Of a DNA stretch of 64,000 nucleotides, positions 46,442 through 58,640 are shown one piece after another; within the stretch, counting starts at the first letter, position 1, and the number at the start of each line of letters is the position of its first letter. Position numbers and translations under genes: made by a program. Under the pieces are notes generated by a model, which worked only from the letters and a program-made list of their open reading frames with translations, did not search any database and was not told where the DNA came from. The stretch covers positions 839,677 to 903,676 of the forward strand of contig OZ025652.1 of the NCBI GenBank assembly GCA_964019335.1, in the 5' to 3' direction. The stretch is from Diplonema japonicum (taxonomy: Eukaryota > Protista > Euglenozoa: Diplonemea).

Positions 46442-46583
46442 GGGGAAGAAGATTTTTTTAATAAATAAATTTATTAACAAAAAAAAAAAAATAATAATAA
46501 TAATAATAGTAATAAAAAAGATTTTGACTATATCTTTTTTCATTTACACACTACTTCCCTTTCTTTTTTTTTTTCATCCTGAA

Positions 46584-46616
46584 CAGTGAGCACCCCCATG
46601 CACACTGAAATTTTAT
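46584..46616. promoter_or_regulatory. Conserved hairpin motif, copy 2
   Basis: cagtgagcacccccatgcacactgaaattttat is identical to the core and right arm of copy 1. Confidence 0.6.
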
Positions 46617-47213
46617 CGAGTTTTTTCTTCTTTCTTCTTCTTCTTCTTCTTCTTCTTTTTGCCCCTTTCCTTCTTGTCGTTCAGCACAAAGAAGGAAGTC
46701 GTTAAAAAAGAAAACAGAGCACGGCTAGTGCCTTGGGCATCCCCAGCCTTCGCTGATGGAGCTGGCGATGCAATGCAACGGCGGTTGTTGCTTTTTTTTT
46801 TTCTTTTTTTTTTTTCTTTTTTTTGAGAACAAGGGGGCGTCTCACAAAGACTTCCTTTAACTCATATATATATTTTTTTTTTCTCGTCTAGAACCCTTTC
46901 TTTTACTTCCCCCCGCCCCTCCTGTCACCGAGGCCCTCGCCTACTGGAACGGGCTGCTCATCATACCGTATCTAATATATACTGCTGACACTTCAGTATT
47001 CTTTCCTCTCCGCTAAATCTTTTGCTGCCCTTCAGGGTAAGTGCAGAAGAGCATCTTTCAATCTTTTTTTTTTTTTTTTTTTCCTTCTCTCTTTTTTTCC
47101 TTCAATTTTCATGCGTTACCTGACAACTTGCCTCCCCTTATCCATGCGCACTCAAAAAAACAGGTTAACCTACACACACACACACACACACACACCCCAT
47201 CCTACCAACAACA

Positions 47214-48038
47214 ATGATGCTGCTGCTGCGCCCCCTTGTGTGCGTGACAACGCTGTTTGCGTGTGCTCACGGGCACGGCTACGTGAAGGCACCGGCGTCG
47301 AGGAACTACGCCTGCAAGGAAGGGGCGAACCAGAACTGCGGCGGGGTGCAGTACGAGCCGCAGAGCGTGGAGGGGGCGGACAGGTACCCTGACAGCGGGC
47401 CTTCGGACGGGACGCTCGCGGCGGCGGGGCAGGACAACTGGGCGGCCCTGAACGAGCAGTCGGCGACGAGGTGGGCGAAGACCTCGATCAGCTCCGGCCT
47501 TGTGGACTTCACGTGGCAGTTCACGGCGAACCACATCACGCGGGACTGGAGGTACTACATCACGAAGGAGGGGTGGAACGGGGTGACCCCTCTGGGGAGG
47601 GAGACCTTGGAGAGCAGCCCCTTCTGCACGGTGGACGGGGCGATGGTGCAGCCGCCGATGGTGGTGACGCACTCGTGCACGGTCCCGACGAGGAGCGGCT
47701 ACCACGTGGTCCTCGCCATCTGGGACGTCGGCGACACGGCGGCCAGCTTCTACAACGCCATCGACCTCGACTTCAACGGGGGCAGCACGACCCCTGTCCC
47801 GACAACCCTCCCCACCCCGGCCCCGACGGGGGACGCCGCAAGCCCTGTCCCGACACCGGTCCCCACAGCGGCCCCTCCCGCAGGGCCCTGCAACGGCCCC
47901 GTCATCGCGGAGTGGGGAGGCTGCATCGACTCCCCTTCCTGCTGCGAGGCTCCTGCCCGCTGCTACCAACAGAACCAGTGGTACGCCCAGTGCAGGGCGA
48001 GGTGCGATGTTCCTGAGTGGTGCAAGCTTATTGGATAA
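47214..48038 (+). CDS. AA10 lytic polysaccharide monooxygenase (CBP21/GbpA-like) + PT linker + CBM1-like module
   Basis: Signal peptide ends AHG|HGYVKAPASRNYAC (His1); YEPQSVEG; TANH (second His); WDVGDTAASFYNAID (axial Phe); C-terminal EWGGC...CC....CYQQNQWYAQC. Confidence 0.95.
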   Translation: MMLLLRPLVCVTTLFACAHGHGYVKAPASRNYACKEGANQNCGGVQYEPQSVEGADRYPDSGPSDGTLAAAGQDNWAALNEQSATRWAKTSISSGLVDFTWQFTANHITRDWRYYITKEGWNGVTPLGRETLESSPFCTVDGAMVQPPMVVTHSCTVPTRSGYHVVLAIWDVGDTAASFYNAIDLDFNGGSTTPVPTTLPTPAPTGDAASPVPTPVPTAAPPAGPCNGPVIAEWGGCIDSPSCCEAPARCYQQNQWYAQCRARCDVPEWCKLIG

Positions 48039-48815
48039 AAAAGCTGGAAAAAAAAAAAACGAAAAACGACTAACTAACGAGAGAAAAGCACACCCTTTTT
48101 TTTCTTTTTATATTTTAAAAATTCATCTTCCAAAAAAAAAGAAATCTTTTGTTTATAAGGAGGCGACGCGGGCGGAGGGGAGAAGGATGATGTTGGTTTA
48201 TGAAAAAGGGGGATTTTTTTTTTTTTTTTTTTTTTTACCGTGACTCCGGGTCACGCCCCCCTTTCTCTCCTGAACCTCTGTTCTTTCTTTCTTTCTTTCT
48301 TTCTTCTTGTTTTCCCCCGCGCTACACCATTTTCCTCCCTCGATGCTTTTGGAAGGGCCCTATGGAATCATTTCCCGGGGTATCTTTTGTTTTGTGTGTG
48401 TTGCCTTCTCCTCTTTCCCTCTCTTTTCTTTATTTATTTATTATTTTTTTTGTGTGTGTTCCCGTCTTCTCCGTTTTGTGGTAATTGTTTATTTGCTAAA
48501 CCCTCTTGCACAAGTTTCCTTTCTGTTTGTTTGTTTGTTTGTTTCACAAGCACTAGAAAAAAAAAAAGAGGAGAAAAAAGAAAGAAAGAAAGCTTGCTAT
48601 CTTGTTTCTTCGCCTTCTTCTTCTTCTTCTTTTTCCCCCTGCTTCTCTCGTCTTCTTAAACGACGCTTCGAAAATTTTATATTTTCTTTCGCGGTGGAAA
48701 CTCTCTGTGGTTCTTTTTTTTTCATCTCACTCCAGGTTTATAACCCAACAAAAAAAAAAAAAAAGAAACCTCATTCCGTGTGAGGTCAACGACGAGAAAG
48801 AAAGAAAAGAAGAAG

Positions 48816-51800
48816 ATGAGAATCTTGCAGACAGCACTGCTGGGGTTGGCAGTTGCGCTCCTTGCAGGGGCTCAGGACACAGCGCCCTCAACAACATCGA
48901 CCTCTGAGCCGCTGACGGTGACGTCGCTGGCCACGTCGCTGGCGGACACGGTGGACGCCTTCAGGGGGGCCGTGGCGGACGCCCTTGCGGACAGGGCGGA
49001 CGAGGTGCTGGAGGCCCTCGGGGTGCAGGAGGCGATTGAGGCGGTGACGGGGACCCTCGACCAGCTTAACACCCTGAAGGACAAGGCGGTGGAGGCGGCG
49101 GACGGGTTGATGGAGTTCTTCGAAGACACCGCGACGGTCGAGACCTTCCTGGCCGACATCCCCAACCTCGCGAACAGCCTGAAGCCCTACATCCGCACCT
49201 TCTCCGGGCAGTGCAACGCGACGACCGCCTCTTCGAACAGGGCGGCGATGCTCCTCGAGGCGCAGCAGAACCACCAGAAGCGGAGGATGGTGAAGCCACT
49301 GGAGGACTGCTGTGCGATCGGGTACCTCTGCGCCTCGAAAGCGAACGGGAACTTCGGGTGCCCGCTCTTCACGGTGTCGATCGGCTTTGGTGTCTCGTAT
49401 GAGGGGCTGAGGGTGGGGAACTTCGTCTTCACCCCCTCTATTGGGCTCGGGTGGAGCATCGGGTTGGAGGCTGTCCCGGGTGGAAGGGCAAAGCTCTTTA
49501 CGGGTCTGGGTCTTGGATGGGGTGCGGGGATTAACTACGAGAAGCAGACGGAAACTGCTACTCCGGTTCCTACTCCTATTCCTACACCTGTCCCTACTCC
49601 TATTCCTACTCCTATTCCTACACCTGTCCCTACTCCGGTTCCCACACCTGTCCCTACTCCTATTCCTACTCCTATTCCTACACCTGTCCCTACTCCGGTT
49701 CCCACACCTGTTCCTACTCCTGCCCCTACTCCTGTTCCCACTCCTGAGCCCGATACCGAGCTGTCTGTATTGACCCCTCGAGCGGTTGAGGCTGATGGTT
49801 GCACCAACGACAACGACTGCGGGCTGGATGAGGAGTGCGTGAGCGGGGTATGTGTGAAGGAAACCTCCGTTGGACACAGGGGGAAAGTTCTGTCATTGGA
49901 GAAGGAGAAGGAGAGGGACGGGAATGTGCTCGGGTTTCGAGGGAGGACCAAGAAGAAGGCACGGACAGGCGAGAAGACGAACGAGAAGGGCTTCTTCGCC
50001 AACACGCTGTTCGAGGTGTCGTTGTCGGTGGAGTGGTTCGCGAGCGCCGGGGCCTTCAGCGGGTTCGCCTTCGAGGTCGGGATCGACATGCCTGCCATCA
50101 TCTCGTCGACTGTGGGGATAGACGGGATCACGATTGTCTTCACGCACCCGCACTGGAGGTGTGTCGAGGTTGTATCGGCGAGCACCTGGTGGGAGAACGT
50201 GCTGTTCGGAGGATTCGGGGTGAGCTTGAAGTCGTGGGGGAAGCACATCTTCACGAAGAAGAACAGGGACGCGATTAGGGAGATGAACCTCGCGCTGGAC
50301 GGGCTTACGGGGAAGATAAGGGGAGCGATCCGAGAGCTCCCGAGCTCCTGGTTGAGTCAGAAGAGAAGCTCCATCACGGACGCCAAGGGGAACAAGTGGT
50401 CCGGGATCGGGTTCAGTTTGGGGATGGCGGTGACGCTAGAGGACTCTAACGAGGGGGCGAGCGTGGCTTACGACCCTGCTGCGTGCCCGATGGACTCGAC
50501 TACTGCGAGCACCGACAGGAAGGCACGTACGTACACGACGACAACCAGCAGCAACAGCAGCATGATGAACACCAACACCACCACAGAAAAACACCACAGC
50601 ACAAGAGAACTTCTGGACGCCTCGTCAGACCTCGAAGACTTCTTAAAGCTCATGAAACCAATCGTGCAGAAGGGAGAACTAACAATGCCCTTCTGCCTCG
50701 GAAACTGCGCGGCCCCAACGCCGACGACGACGGTGTCCGGAACGGGTCGGATCGGGCAGGCCCCCGCATGCGACGGGGTGGAGGCGAGCGTCTGGGTAGA
50801 CGAGCTGACGGTGGCGAACGTGGCCTACTTGGTGACGAGCAGCTTCGACAAGGGGGTGGCGCAGGTGCTGGACACGGCCCTGTCGCCCATCCTGTCCTTC
50901 GGAATCCAGGACACGAAGCTCGCGCTGGCGATGACGACCTCGGGGGTGAAGTTGTACGCGATCGGGTCGCCGAAGCTCCCGGACATCCTGGAGGGAGACT
51001 TCTTGGAGGTGGTGGGAGACGTGACGGAGAACTTCCGGGTGTCGGCGAGTGCGGAGCTGCAGTTCTCCGGGTCGGCCTTGCTGGAGCTGCGGATCGGGAC
51101 GGACCCGGACACCTCGGAGAGCAACTTCGCGGTGGTGAACGTGGCGGGGACGCTCGGGATGAGCATCTACGTGCAGTACGAGCACGTGTTCTCGGGGGGT
51201 CTGCCGTTGTCGAAGCTCGGGGTGAACATCCCTCTGAAGATCTGCGTGGAGCGGTGCGACGGGGCCTACGCGGACCGGTACTTCCTGTTCTTGATCGGGG
51301 ACCTGTCGCTGGTGGTGAGCCCGACGGCGCAGCTGGTGCGCGGGTCACTGAAGCTGGACGGGTGGTGGAACAACGCTCTGGGGCTTCCCTTCCTGCAGAT
51401 CGGGGACATCATCCTCGGGGTGGAGTGGGATTTGAAGTCCCCGCTCCCGTCCGGGTTCGTGCTCGGCGGGGCGGTGTGCTTCGGGAAGGAGGAAAACTGC
51501 GAGACGCGGACGCAGCCCTACATCGAGGGTCGCACTTACGTCGGGGTGAGCAGCACTGTTCCCGAGGACAACTACTTCATCGCGATGGTGTCGGAGCTCA
51601 CCATCGGCGGGATCATCGGGGTCTTGTCGGACTTCGTGCCCGGGCTGGACGGGTTGGTGATCCCTGGGAAGCTTGCGGAGTCCGGGATCTACCCCTTCGA
51701 CAAGGACTACAAGACGAAGTGCGCGGGGATGCTGGGGGGCTACGCGAACGAGACGACCCTGGACCTGGAGTGCTTCGCCTTCTTCTCCTTCAGCCCGGTC

Positions 51801-54800
51801 AAGGAGCAGAGGCTGACCTTCCGGAGCGGCGATGTGGTGATCCCGGCGGGGGTCGCCCTGCAGGGGCGCCTGAACTTCCTCGGCTGGGAGATCGCGATCG
51901 ACCTCGCGGTGAGTAAGACGCGCTTCTACATCGACGCCTGGATGGACCCGGTGGACCTAAGGATCGGGGCCTTCCAGCTCCGCATCGGGAACCGCCTGGA
52001 GAACAAGGTGGCGGTGGGCGGGGCGAAGTTCCTAGTGGACCTGCAGGTGGCGCCGTCCCCGAAAGCCCTGATCGACATCGGGGGAGCCTTCGACATCCCG
52101 ATGCTGAAGTCGTACGGCTACCTGAACGTGACCCTGAACGCGGAGATCTTCTCCTTCCGCGCAGGGATCGACCTCTTCGACGGGGCGCTGTCCTCGCACG
52201 TGAGCGTGACCTGGAACTGGGACCTCAGCTACTTCAGGATGGAGCTGCGGGACATGAACTTCTTGGAGATCGTGAAGATCCGGCAGGTGCTCTTCATGTA
52301 CGACACGAACCGCCCGATCCCGTACGCCATCTTCTCCTGCGACATCCAGGTCCTGTTCATCAATCTGCGGGCGAGGGTGGAGGTGAACGGGAACGTGATC
52401 GACTTCGCGGTGACGCTGGACTTGGCGCTGGTGGAGACGACGGTGAGCGGGAGGGCGGTGGTGGCCTCGAGCTTCGAGGACTCGGAGTTCGACATCTCAG
52501 TGTCGGTGTCTTTGGGGGACCTCGGGCAGAAGATCGTGGACGGGATCAACGTGGCTGTGAAGGCGGTGGCGAAGGCAGTGACGGAGGCGTGGAACTACGT
52601 GTCGGAGAAGGTGACGCAGTTGTGGAACAACATCGTGCACGTCTTCGAAACGACCCTGAACTACATCAAGGAGAAGGTGACGGAGTTCCTGAACAACGTG
52701 GCGGAGGTGATCCGAGACGTGGTGGAGGTGCTAAAGAAGGTTCCGATCCTGGGGGACCTGATCCGGGCGGCGGAGAGGCTCTTCCAAGGGGACTTCGAGG
52801 GGGCGGCGAAGGCCTTCGGGAGCGCGATCGGGATCTTCTACACGGAGGGGCAGACGGTGGTGGACGCGGGGGGCAGGAACGAGTACGGATGCAAGTACGT
52901 GCAGGAGAGATGGGTGGAGTGCTGGTGCCACCTGTTCTGCTTCTTCGGGAGGACCTGCCACACGAAGTACGGGCCGAGGTACGCGGACCCGCAGTGCATG
53001 GAGGAAGTGGCCCTCGCTGCGGGGGAGGTGAAGACGAAGTCGGACGAGATGTCTCAGAAGACAAAGGTTGTGGATGGGTCGAAGGGTGAGAACCCGGGGT
53101 TGCAGAACATCGACTCGGGGATGGAGGTCCCGATGCCCTCTCTGGAGACGACGACGGTGATGGTGCCGTTCGGGACGGACGCGGCGGCGGCCTCGGGGTC
53201 GGGCTTCAGGGGCGGGGTGCGCACCTACGGGGGGAAGGGAACCGGTGGCGGGCTGTCCAGCTCGGAGGAGATGGTGACGCTGGACGACATGCCGTACGAC
53301 TTCAGCAGCCAGGCGAGCTACGAGGCGAGCGTGGAGAACACGCAGAACAGGATGGCGTCGAAGATGGCGGACAAGGCGCTGGAGAACCAGGCCCTCCTCA
53401 CGAACGACATCAGCACGGAGGCGGGGAAGGTGGTGCGGAAGCTCCCGGTCCTCGGAGGGGCCACCTCCTACACCTTCCGCTGCGACCAGGAGATCAACCT
53501 GGAGAGCCTGAAGCCGCTCCCTTGGTTCATCGACCCCGCGTGCACGGCTGGGGCGCAGGTGAAGCTTTTGAACCAGCGCATCCTCCCCGTGGCGGGTTTC
53601 CCGAACAGGATGTGCGGGTCCTCCTTCATGGAGGTGACCTGGCAGCTCCACGACAACCCGGTGTGCGGCGGGATCTCGGACACGGTGGTGCAGATCGTGA
53701 CCTTGGAACCGGCCCCGCCGGTCTTCGTGTTGTCCTCCTTCCCCGCCGACACCCGCGTGAACACGGAGCAGACGACGGACCCGATGGAGCTCGGGGTGGC
53801 GGAGGGGGCCTCCCCTTGCAGGCAAGAGTTCGACATCTTCTACGTGGACAGCGACCCGGTCCCTGTGGCGGGGTCGAACGGGAAGGAGTGGACTGTCAGC
53901 CGTGTCTGGTCCATCGTCCCCTTCTTCAAGACATCGGTGTGCAGCGGGTCCACCGCCTCCGGTAGTAACAGAACGCAGACCATCACCATCGTGGACGAGA
54001 CTACTCCTGCTCCTCCCACCCAGCAACCTGTCACTGCTCCTACCACCAACACCACCACTACTGACACAACAACTTCGAACAACAACAACAACAATCTCGA
54101 AAACGACGACAACAGACTCATCGCCTCCGTCGGGAACTGGTTGAGGTGTCCAACAGACGCGCAGATGGAGGGCTACACACACGCCGTCGCGTCCTTTGCG
54201 GTGACCTACACATGGGGCGAAACGAAAAACCAGTGCAACGAGCAGTGCAACATCCTGACACCCGTTGCGGTGTGCGAGGGCGCCCCACAGGCGGAGCTCG
54301 TGGCGAAGTGGAAGGCCGCGGGGAAGAAGGTGATGCTCTCCTTCGGCGGGGCGGGGATGGGGGGCTCGTGGGACGGGCTGAACGACTGCTGGGAACACTG
54401 CTTCGGGAAGGAGGAGCACCTGGCGCAGCAGCTGGCGGATATCGCAGCAGTGCAAGGCTTCGACGGGATCAACATCGACTACCTGTACTACTACGAGGAC
54501 GGACAGCGCGGCTCGTCCTTCTCGAAGGGAGCACAGGCACGGACCTTCCTGAAGGAGACGACCCTGAAACTGAGGGAGAAGCTCCCCACCGGAAGCCTCG
54601 TGACCCACTCCTCCGTGGACAGCGACCTCGTGAGGGGGACAGGCTACTTCGAGGTGATGCGGGAGGTGGCTGCCTCTGTGGACTTCATCATGCCGCAGTA
54701 CTACAACGGGGTGACCCGTCCCAACACGGAAGGGATCAACGGCGGCGTATCCCCCTCCGCCCTGACGCACCTCAAGACTCTCGTGACGGACGTCTTTGGG

Positions 54801-56015
54801 AGCAACCCGACGAAGGTGGTCTTCGGCTTCTGCATCAGCGGGTGCGGGGAGTTCAACAGCAACGCGCAGCAGGCAGTCAGCGTGATGAACGAGCTGAAGG
54901 AGGCGTACCCCTGCAACGGGGGGGCCTTCTTCTGGAACGCTGCGGAAGACCCGAACGGCGCCTGGTCTCGTCCCCTCTCTGAGGGGGTCATCAGTCCCTC
55001 GAAAGGGTGCAGTGTAGGTGGGATCCCTCTCCCTTCTCTTCCTGGTGCTGGTGCTGGTGCTGGTTCTGGTTCTTCTCCACAAGTCCCAGCCGTGGACAAC
55101 AGGCTCATCGCCACCGTCGGGAACTGGCTGGCGTGTCCGACAGACGCGCAGATGGAGGCCTACACACACGTCTTGGTTTCCTTCGCGGTGACCTACAGCT
55201 GGGGCTCCAGGGAGAGCCAGTGCAACGAGGAGTGCAACATCCTGACACCCGTTGCGGTGTGCGGGAACGCCCCACAGGCGGAGCTCGTGGCGAGGTGGAG
55301 GGCCGCGGGGAAGAAGGTGATGCTCTCCTTCGGCGGGGCGGGGATGGGGGGCTCGTGGGACGGGCTGAACGACTGCTGGGAACACTGCTTCGGGAAGGAG
55401 GAGCACCTGGCGCAGCAGCTGGCGGACATCGCGGCGGTGCAGGGCTTCGACGGGATCGACATCGACTACCTGTACTACTACGAGGACGGACAGCGCGGCT
55501 CGTCCTTCTCGAAGGGAGCACAGGCACGGACCTTCCTGAAGGAGACGACCCTGAAACTGAGGGAGAAGCTCCCCACCGGAAGCCTCGTGACCCACTCCCC
55601 TGCGGACACCGACCTCGTGAGGGGGACAGGCTACTTCGAGGTGATGCGGGAGGTGGCTGCCTCTGTGGACTTCATCATGCCGCAGTACTACAACGGGGTG
55701 ACCCGTCCCAACACGGAAGGGATCAACGGCGGCAACTTCGACTCCGCCCTGACGCACCTCAGGATCCTCGTGACGGACCTCTTCGGGAACGACCCGACGA
55801 AGGTGGTCTTCGGCTTCTGCATCAGCGGGTGCGGGGGCACCTCCTCCAACAGCAACGCGCAGCAGGCAGTCAGCGTGATGAACGAGCTGAAGGAGGCGTA
55901 CCCCTGCAACGGGGGGGCCTTCTTCTGGAACGCCGCCCACGACATGATGGGTGCCTGGTCTCGTTCTGTGGCGGAGGTCATCAGCCCCTCGAGGGGGTGC
56001 AAGGTGCCCGTGTAG
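48816..56015 (+). CDS. Giant secreted multidomain protein: PT linker, long beta-rich region, amphipathic helical segment, HYR-like repeats, two GH18 chitinase-like domains lacking the catalytic Glu
   Basis: Signal [19 protein letters not shown]; two [10 protein letters not shown]...FDGI(N/D)IDYLY...[10 protein letters not shown]...KVVFGFC...GGAFFW domains. Confidence 0.88.
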   Translation: MRILQTALLGLAVALLAGAQDTAPSTTSTSEPLTVTSLATSLADTVDAFRGAVADALADRADEVLEALGVQEAIEAVTGTLDQLNTLKDKAVEAADGLMEFFEDTATVETFLADIPNLANSLKPYIRTFSGQCNATTASSNRAAMLLEAQQNHQKRRMVKPLEDCCAIGYLCASKANGNFGCPLFTVSIGFGVSYEGLRVGNFVFTPSIGLGWSIGLEAVPGGRAKLFTGLGLGWGAGINYEKQTETATPVPTPIPTPVPTPIPTPIPTPVPTPVPTPVPTPIPTPIPTPVPTPVPTPVPTPAPTPVPTPEPDTELSVLTPRAVEADGCTNDNDCGLDEECVSGVCVKETSVGHRGKVLSLEKEKERDGNVLGFRGRTKKKARTGEKTNEKGFFANTLFEVSLSVEWFASAGAFSGFAFEVGIDMPAIISSTVGIDGITIVFTHPHWRCVEVVSASTWWENVLFGGFGVSLKSWGKHIFTKKNRDAIREMNLALDGLTGKIRGAIRELPSSWLSQKRSSITDAKGNKWSGIGFSLGMAVTLEDSNEGASVAYDPAACPMDSTTASTDRKARTYTTTTSSNSSMMNTNTTTEKHHSTRELLDASSDLEDFLKLMKPIVQKGELTMPFCLGNCAAPTPTTTVSGTGRIGQAPACDGVEASVWVDELTVANVAYLVTSSFDKGVAQVLDTALSPILSFGIQDTKLALAMTTSGVKLYAIGSPKLPDILEGDFLEVVGDVTENFRVSASAELQFSGSALLELRIGTDPDTSESNFAVVNVAGTLGMSIYVQYEHVFSGGLPLSKLGVNIPLKICVERCDGAYADRYFLFLIGDLSLVVSPTAQLVRGSLKLDGWWNNALGLPFLQIGDIILGVEWDLKSPLPSGFVLGGAVCFGKEENCETRTQPYIEGRTYVGVSSTVPEDNYFIAMVSELTIGGIIGVLSDFVPGLDGLVIPGKLAESGIYPFDKDYKTKCAGMLGGYANETTLDLECFAFFSFSPVKEQRLTFRSGDVVIPAGVALQGRLNFLGWEIAIDLAVSKTRFYIDAWMDPVDLRIGAFQLRIGNRLENKVAVGGAKFLVDLQVAPSPKALIDIGGAFDIPMLKSYGYLNVTLNAEIFSFRAGIDLFDGALSSHVSVTWNWDLSYFRMELRDMNFLEIVKIRQVLFMYDTNRPIPYAIFSCDIQVLFINLRARVEVNGNVIDFAVTLDLALVETTVSGRAVVASSFEDSEFDISVSVSLGDLGQKIVDGINVAVKAVAKAVTEAWNYVSEKVTQLWNNIVHVFETTLNYIKEKVTEFLNNVAEVIRDVVEVLKKVPILGDLIRAAERLFQGDFEGAAKAFGSAIGIFYTEGQTVVDAGGRNEYGCKYVQERWVECWCHLFCFFGRTCHTKYGPRYADPQCMEEVALAAGEVKTKSDEMSQKTKVVDGSKGENPGLQNIDSGMEVPMPSLETTTVMVPFGTDAAAASGSGFRGGVRTYGGKGTGGGLSSSEEMVTLDDMPYDFSSQASYEASVENTQNRMASKMADKALENQALLTNDISTEAGKVVRKLPVLGGATSYTFRCDQEINLESLKPLPWFIDPACTAGAQVKLLNQRILPVAGFPNRMCGSSFMEVTWQLHDNPVCGGISDTVVQIVTLEPAPPVFVLSSFPADTRVNTEQTTDPMELGVAEGASPCRQEFDIFYVDSDPVPVAGSNGKEWTVSRVWSIVPFFKTSVCSGSTASGSNRTQTITIVDETTPAPPTQQPVTAPTTNTTTTDTTTSNNNNNNLENDDNRLIASVGNWLRCPTDAQMEGYTHAVASFAVTYTWGETKNQCNEQCNILTPVAVCEGAPQAELVAKWKAAGKKVMLSFGGAGMGGSWDGLNDCWEHCFGKEEHLAQQLADIAAVQGFDGINIDYLYYYEDGQRGSSFSKGAQARTFLKETTLKLREKLPTGSLVTHSSVDSDLVRGTGYFEVMREVAASVDFIMPQYYNGVTRPNTEGINGGVSPSALTHLKTLVTDVFGSNPTKVVFGFCISGCGEFNSNAQQAVSVMNELKEAYPCNGGAFFWNAAEDPNGAWSRPLSEGVISPSKGCSVGGIPLPSLPGAGAGAGSGSSPQVPAVDNRLIATVGNWLACPTDAQMEAYTHVLVSFAVTYSWGSRESQCNEECNILTPVAVCGNAPQAELVARWRAAGKKVMLSFGGAGMGGSWDGLNDCWEHCFGKEEHLAQQLADIAAVQGFDGIDIDYLYYYEDGQRGSSFSKGAQARTFLKETTLKLREKLPTGSLVTHSPADTDLVRGTGYFEVMREVAASVDFIMPQYYNGVTRPNTEGINGGNFDSALTHLRILVTDLFGNDPTKVVFGFCISGCGGTSSNSNAQQAVSVMNELKEAYPCNGGAFFWNAAHDMMGAWSRSVAEVISPSRGCKVPV
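49558..49745 (+). repeat. Coding 12-nt tandem repeat encoding a PT(P)V/I linker
   Basis: cctactcctatt/cctacacctgtc/cctactccggtt units. Confidence 0.9.
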
Positions 56016-56344
56016 AGGAGGAAGAGATAAAGGAAAACAAAAAAAATAACAATAGAAAACAAGATGAATAATGGATATATTTGCATGAAAAGAAAATAAG
56101 AAAAAAAAAGGGACCAAATTTGAAACGAGAGTTTTTTTTATTTTTTTTAAATTTTTTTTAAATAGTTTAGAAAAATACAAAAAGGGGTAAAAGAAAGAGG
56201 AGAAAGCAAAAACGAAAAAAAAAGAAGAAAAAAGAACCGCGAGAACGATGAAGGAGAGGAATTCGTTTCGTTCTTTTTTCTTTCCTTTCTTCTTTTTTTT
56301 CTTTTTTGTGCCATCTCTGTCTTTCCCCCACTTGTTCCCTTTCC

Positions 56345-57045
56345 TTACACTCCAGTCAGATTTTCAAGGGTGGGAGTGAATATAATATTTCACATTATCA
56401 CGCTTCACTTTATTTTCATTGCAGATTTCAGGCTTGTTTTAGGAAGAAAACAGGCAGAAATGAAAATTACTTTATGAGTGAATATAAAGTACTTTATATT
56501 CACGCTTGCCCTATTTTCACTGCACAGCCAGGGGTGGGGGCGCAAACACGGAAAAGAAATCACCTAAGTGGTTACCACACAGGCCCCTTGTTTTGGAAAC
56601 CCCGGTTCGAATCTGGGAATCTCACTTTTTACGCCTCTCTCAACAGAAGGGGAGAGAGGTGGGCGGCAAGCCAGCAGCGGTGACAGCTGCTAGTGGGGCA
56701 ACCTCAGCAACCCAGGCAGCAGCCCCGCAGGTCCAGACCGAGGTCCTGTCAGCACTCATGGACACACAGCCCGCACCACACATATGCCTTGACAATCAAT
56801 ATCAACCATAAGCACCCCAGTAAAATTTTAACTTGTAACTTGTAACCTGTAATGCCCCACCCTTTCAAATCTGACTGACGTTAAATAAAACAACGGATTT
56901 AGTGAAAATAGATCCGATTTTCACTTGTGGTGGCATGTTTAACTCGTTGATGTTACTTCACTCGCTTCGCTCGTGAAGTCATATACCCACTCGTTAAACC
57001 ACTGCTACCACGCGTGAAAATCATACGATCTTATTTTCACTAAAT
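56345..57045 (+). mobile_element. Non-autonomous Crypton-like element with palindromic ends
   Basis: 56373-56424 resembles the reverse complement of 43807-43861. Perfect 26-bp palindrome at 56478-56503. About 150-bp imperfect hairpin at 56897-57045 centred on CTTCACTCGCTTCGCTCGTGAAG. Confidence 0.6.
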
Positions 57046-57174
57046 TAAATAGTTATTTTTTTTTTTACCCTTATTATTTTTTGTTTTTGAGGAGAGGTGG
57101 CTTTTTTTTTTTATGTTATTTGTTATTATAAAAACCAGGGGTTTTTTTTAATATCTATATGCTTCTCTCCTCAC

Positions 57175-57221
<47 letters not shown>

Positions 57222-57571
57222 AATAAGGCTTCCTTTCGGTAGATATACGAGCAGAACAGGCCCTTGTGGTTCTCTCTCTATCTCTTCTTCTTCCAAACCT
57301 TACTACCGAAAAGAAAAGAGAAAAAGGGAAAGGCTACGACTTGGGTTTCCTTTTTATTTTTGCATTTTGTTCTACTTCTTATTGATCTTTTCATTCCCCA
57401 TGCGCGCGCTTCTACTGAAGCAGTTGGGTGCATAAGGGTCAAGAGGGGTTAACGATATTATCGAAGGAAAAAATACACACTGGCGCTCTTTTTTGAGACA
57501 ACTCCCCATTTTTCTTCTTTTTCTATTTGGTTCCCTTCCCTCTCTTTTCTTTTATTTCCCTTATAGACTTG

Positions 57572-57835
57572 GAACGCCTTATGTTCTGTCTCACCTCTCC
57601 CCTTCCCCCTCATGTCACTGCTTGTTAAGAAATTGCAAGAAAAAACAAAAAAAAAAGAAGAAGAAACGAAAGAGAAAAAAAGATATTAAAAAAAAGGAGA
57701 TGGAAGAAACCTCGGTCGATTCTTTTAATTAGTCCCGGGGCTTCCCCTCCAACCCCCTTTTTTTTATGACTTTCTTTCATCATAAAAATTTCTTTTTTAG
57801 CAGTGATTTTTTATTTCTCCCTCTCTCTCTCTTTT
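57572..57835 (+). repeat. Duplicated non-coding block, copy 2 (upstream of the 58641 gene)
   Basis: Homologous to 43862-44090. Confidence 0.9.
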
Positions 57836-57868
57836 TTTTATTCATCTTTATATTGCGCGAACAATTTC

Positions 57869-57902
<34 letters not shown>

Positions 57903-58251
57903 ATGACAAGAGACAAGAGTGCAACATGCCACCATCTGCAGGTGTTCCAAGACATGACGACCTCACCTTTTGTGCGAGAGCCAAGGTGGGGGGGAACTGT
58001 TCACCTTTTTTTTTCTTTTGCCCTCTCACGGATATGCCATCTTTTTTAGCAAAGGACAATGTGGGTAAAGCAGAACAAGTGATGGATCTAATAATACTAA
58101 CGTAAAAGCCGAGTACCTACCTGCCCCTTCATGGTTTTAACCTTTTTTTCTTTTTTTTTTTTTTTTTTTTTTTTTTTTGTCATTGAGATTTTTACCAGTA
58201 AAAAGGTGGTGGCGGACTGACTAGAGGAGGGTTTTGTTTCCCGCTATTTTA

Positions 58252-58280
58252 TTTCAGTGAGCCCCCCATGCACACTGAAA
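58252..58280. promoter_or_regulatory. Conserved hairpin motif, copy 3
   Basis: tttcagtgagccccccatgcacactgaaa. Confidence 0.6.
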
Positions 58281-58640
58281 CCTTATCGAATTTATTTTGC
58301 ATTCTATTCATACCAACCTGCACTCTCTATCTAATTGTCCTGTCGATCTCCCCTCCCCCTCCTCCCCTGTTTGTTTCTCTTTTCTTCTTATCCCCCCCCC
58401 CCCCCCCTTTATGAACGATTTGAAAGGTAATTTTGTTTTCCCCGTGTTTAGCTGTTTTTTTATTTTTGCCCCCTGTCGGGGGGTACAGTTTTTACGCGAA
58501 GGACACCCATCTTCTCTTCGTCTTCCTCTTCCTCTTCCTCTCCTTCTCTACCTCTCTTTTAATTCTTTTTTTTTTTTTTGCTGAAAAGGTAAGTAATTCT
58601 CTTTCAGGTAAAACCAGCAAATAAAATAAAAATAAATACA

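Noticed and set aside
54100-56012. Active chitinase call
   Set aside because: The catalytic Glu of DxxDxDxE is Leu in both domains.
52731-56180. 1149-aa minus-strand ORF, and other long antisense or alternate-frame ORFs (44951-46336, 50483-51916, 58674-60050)
   Set aside because: Shadows of GC3-rich sense genes (few antisense stops); no recognisable domains.
56016-58640. Poly-K/poly-F ORFs in island spacers (also 44.4-44.7 kb, 48.0-48.8 kb, 60.2-60.7 kb)
   Set aside because: Translations of A/T homopolymer tracts.
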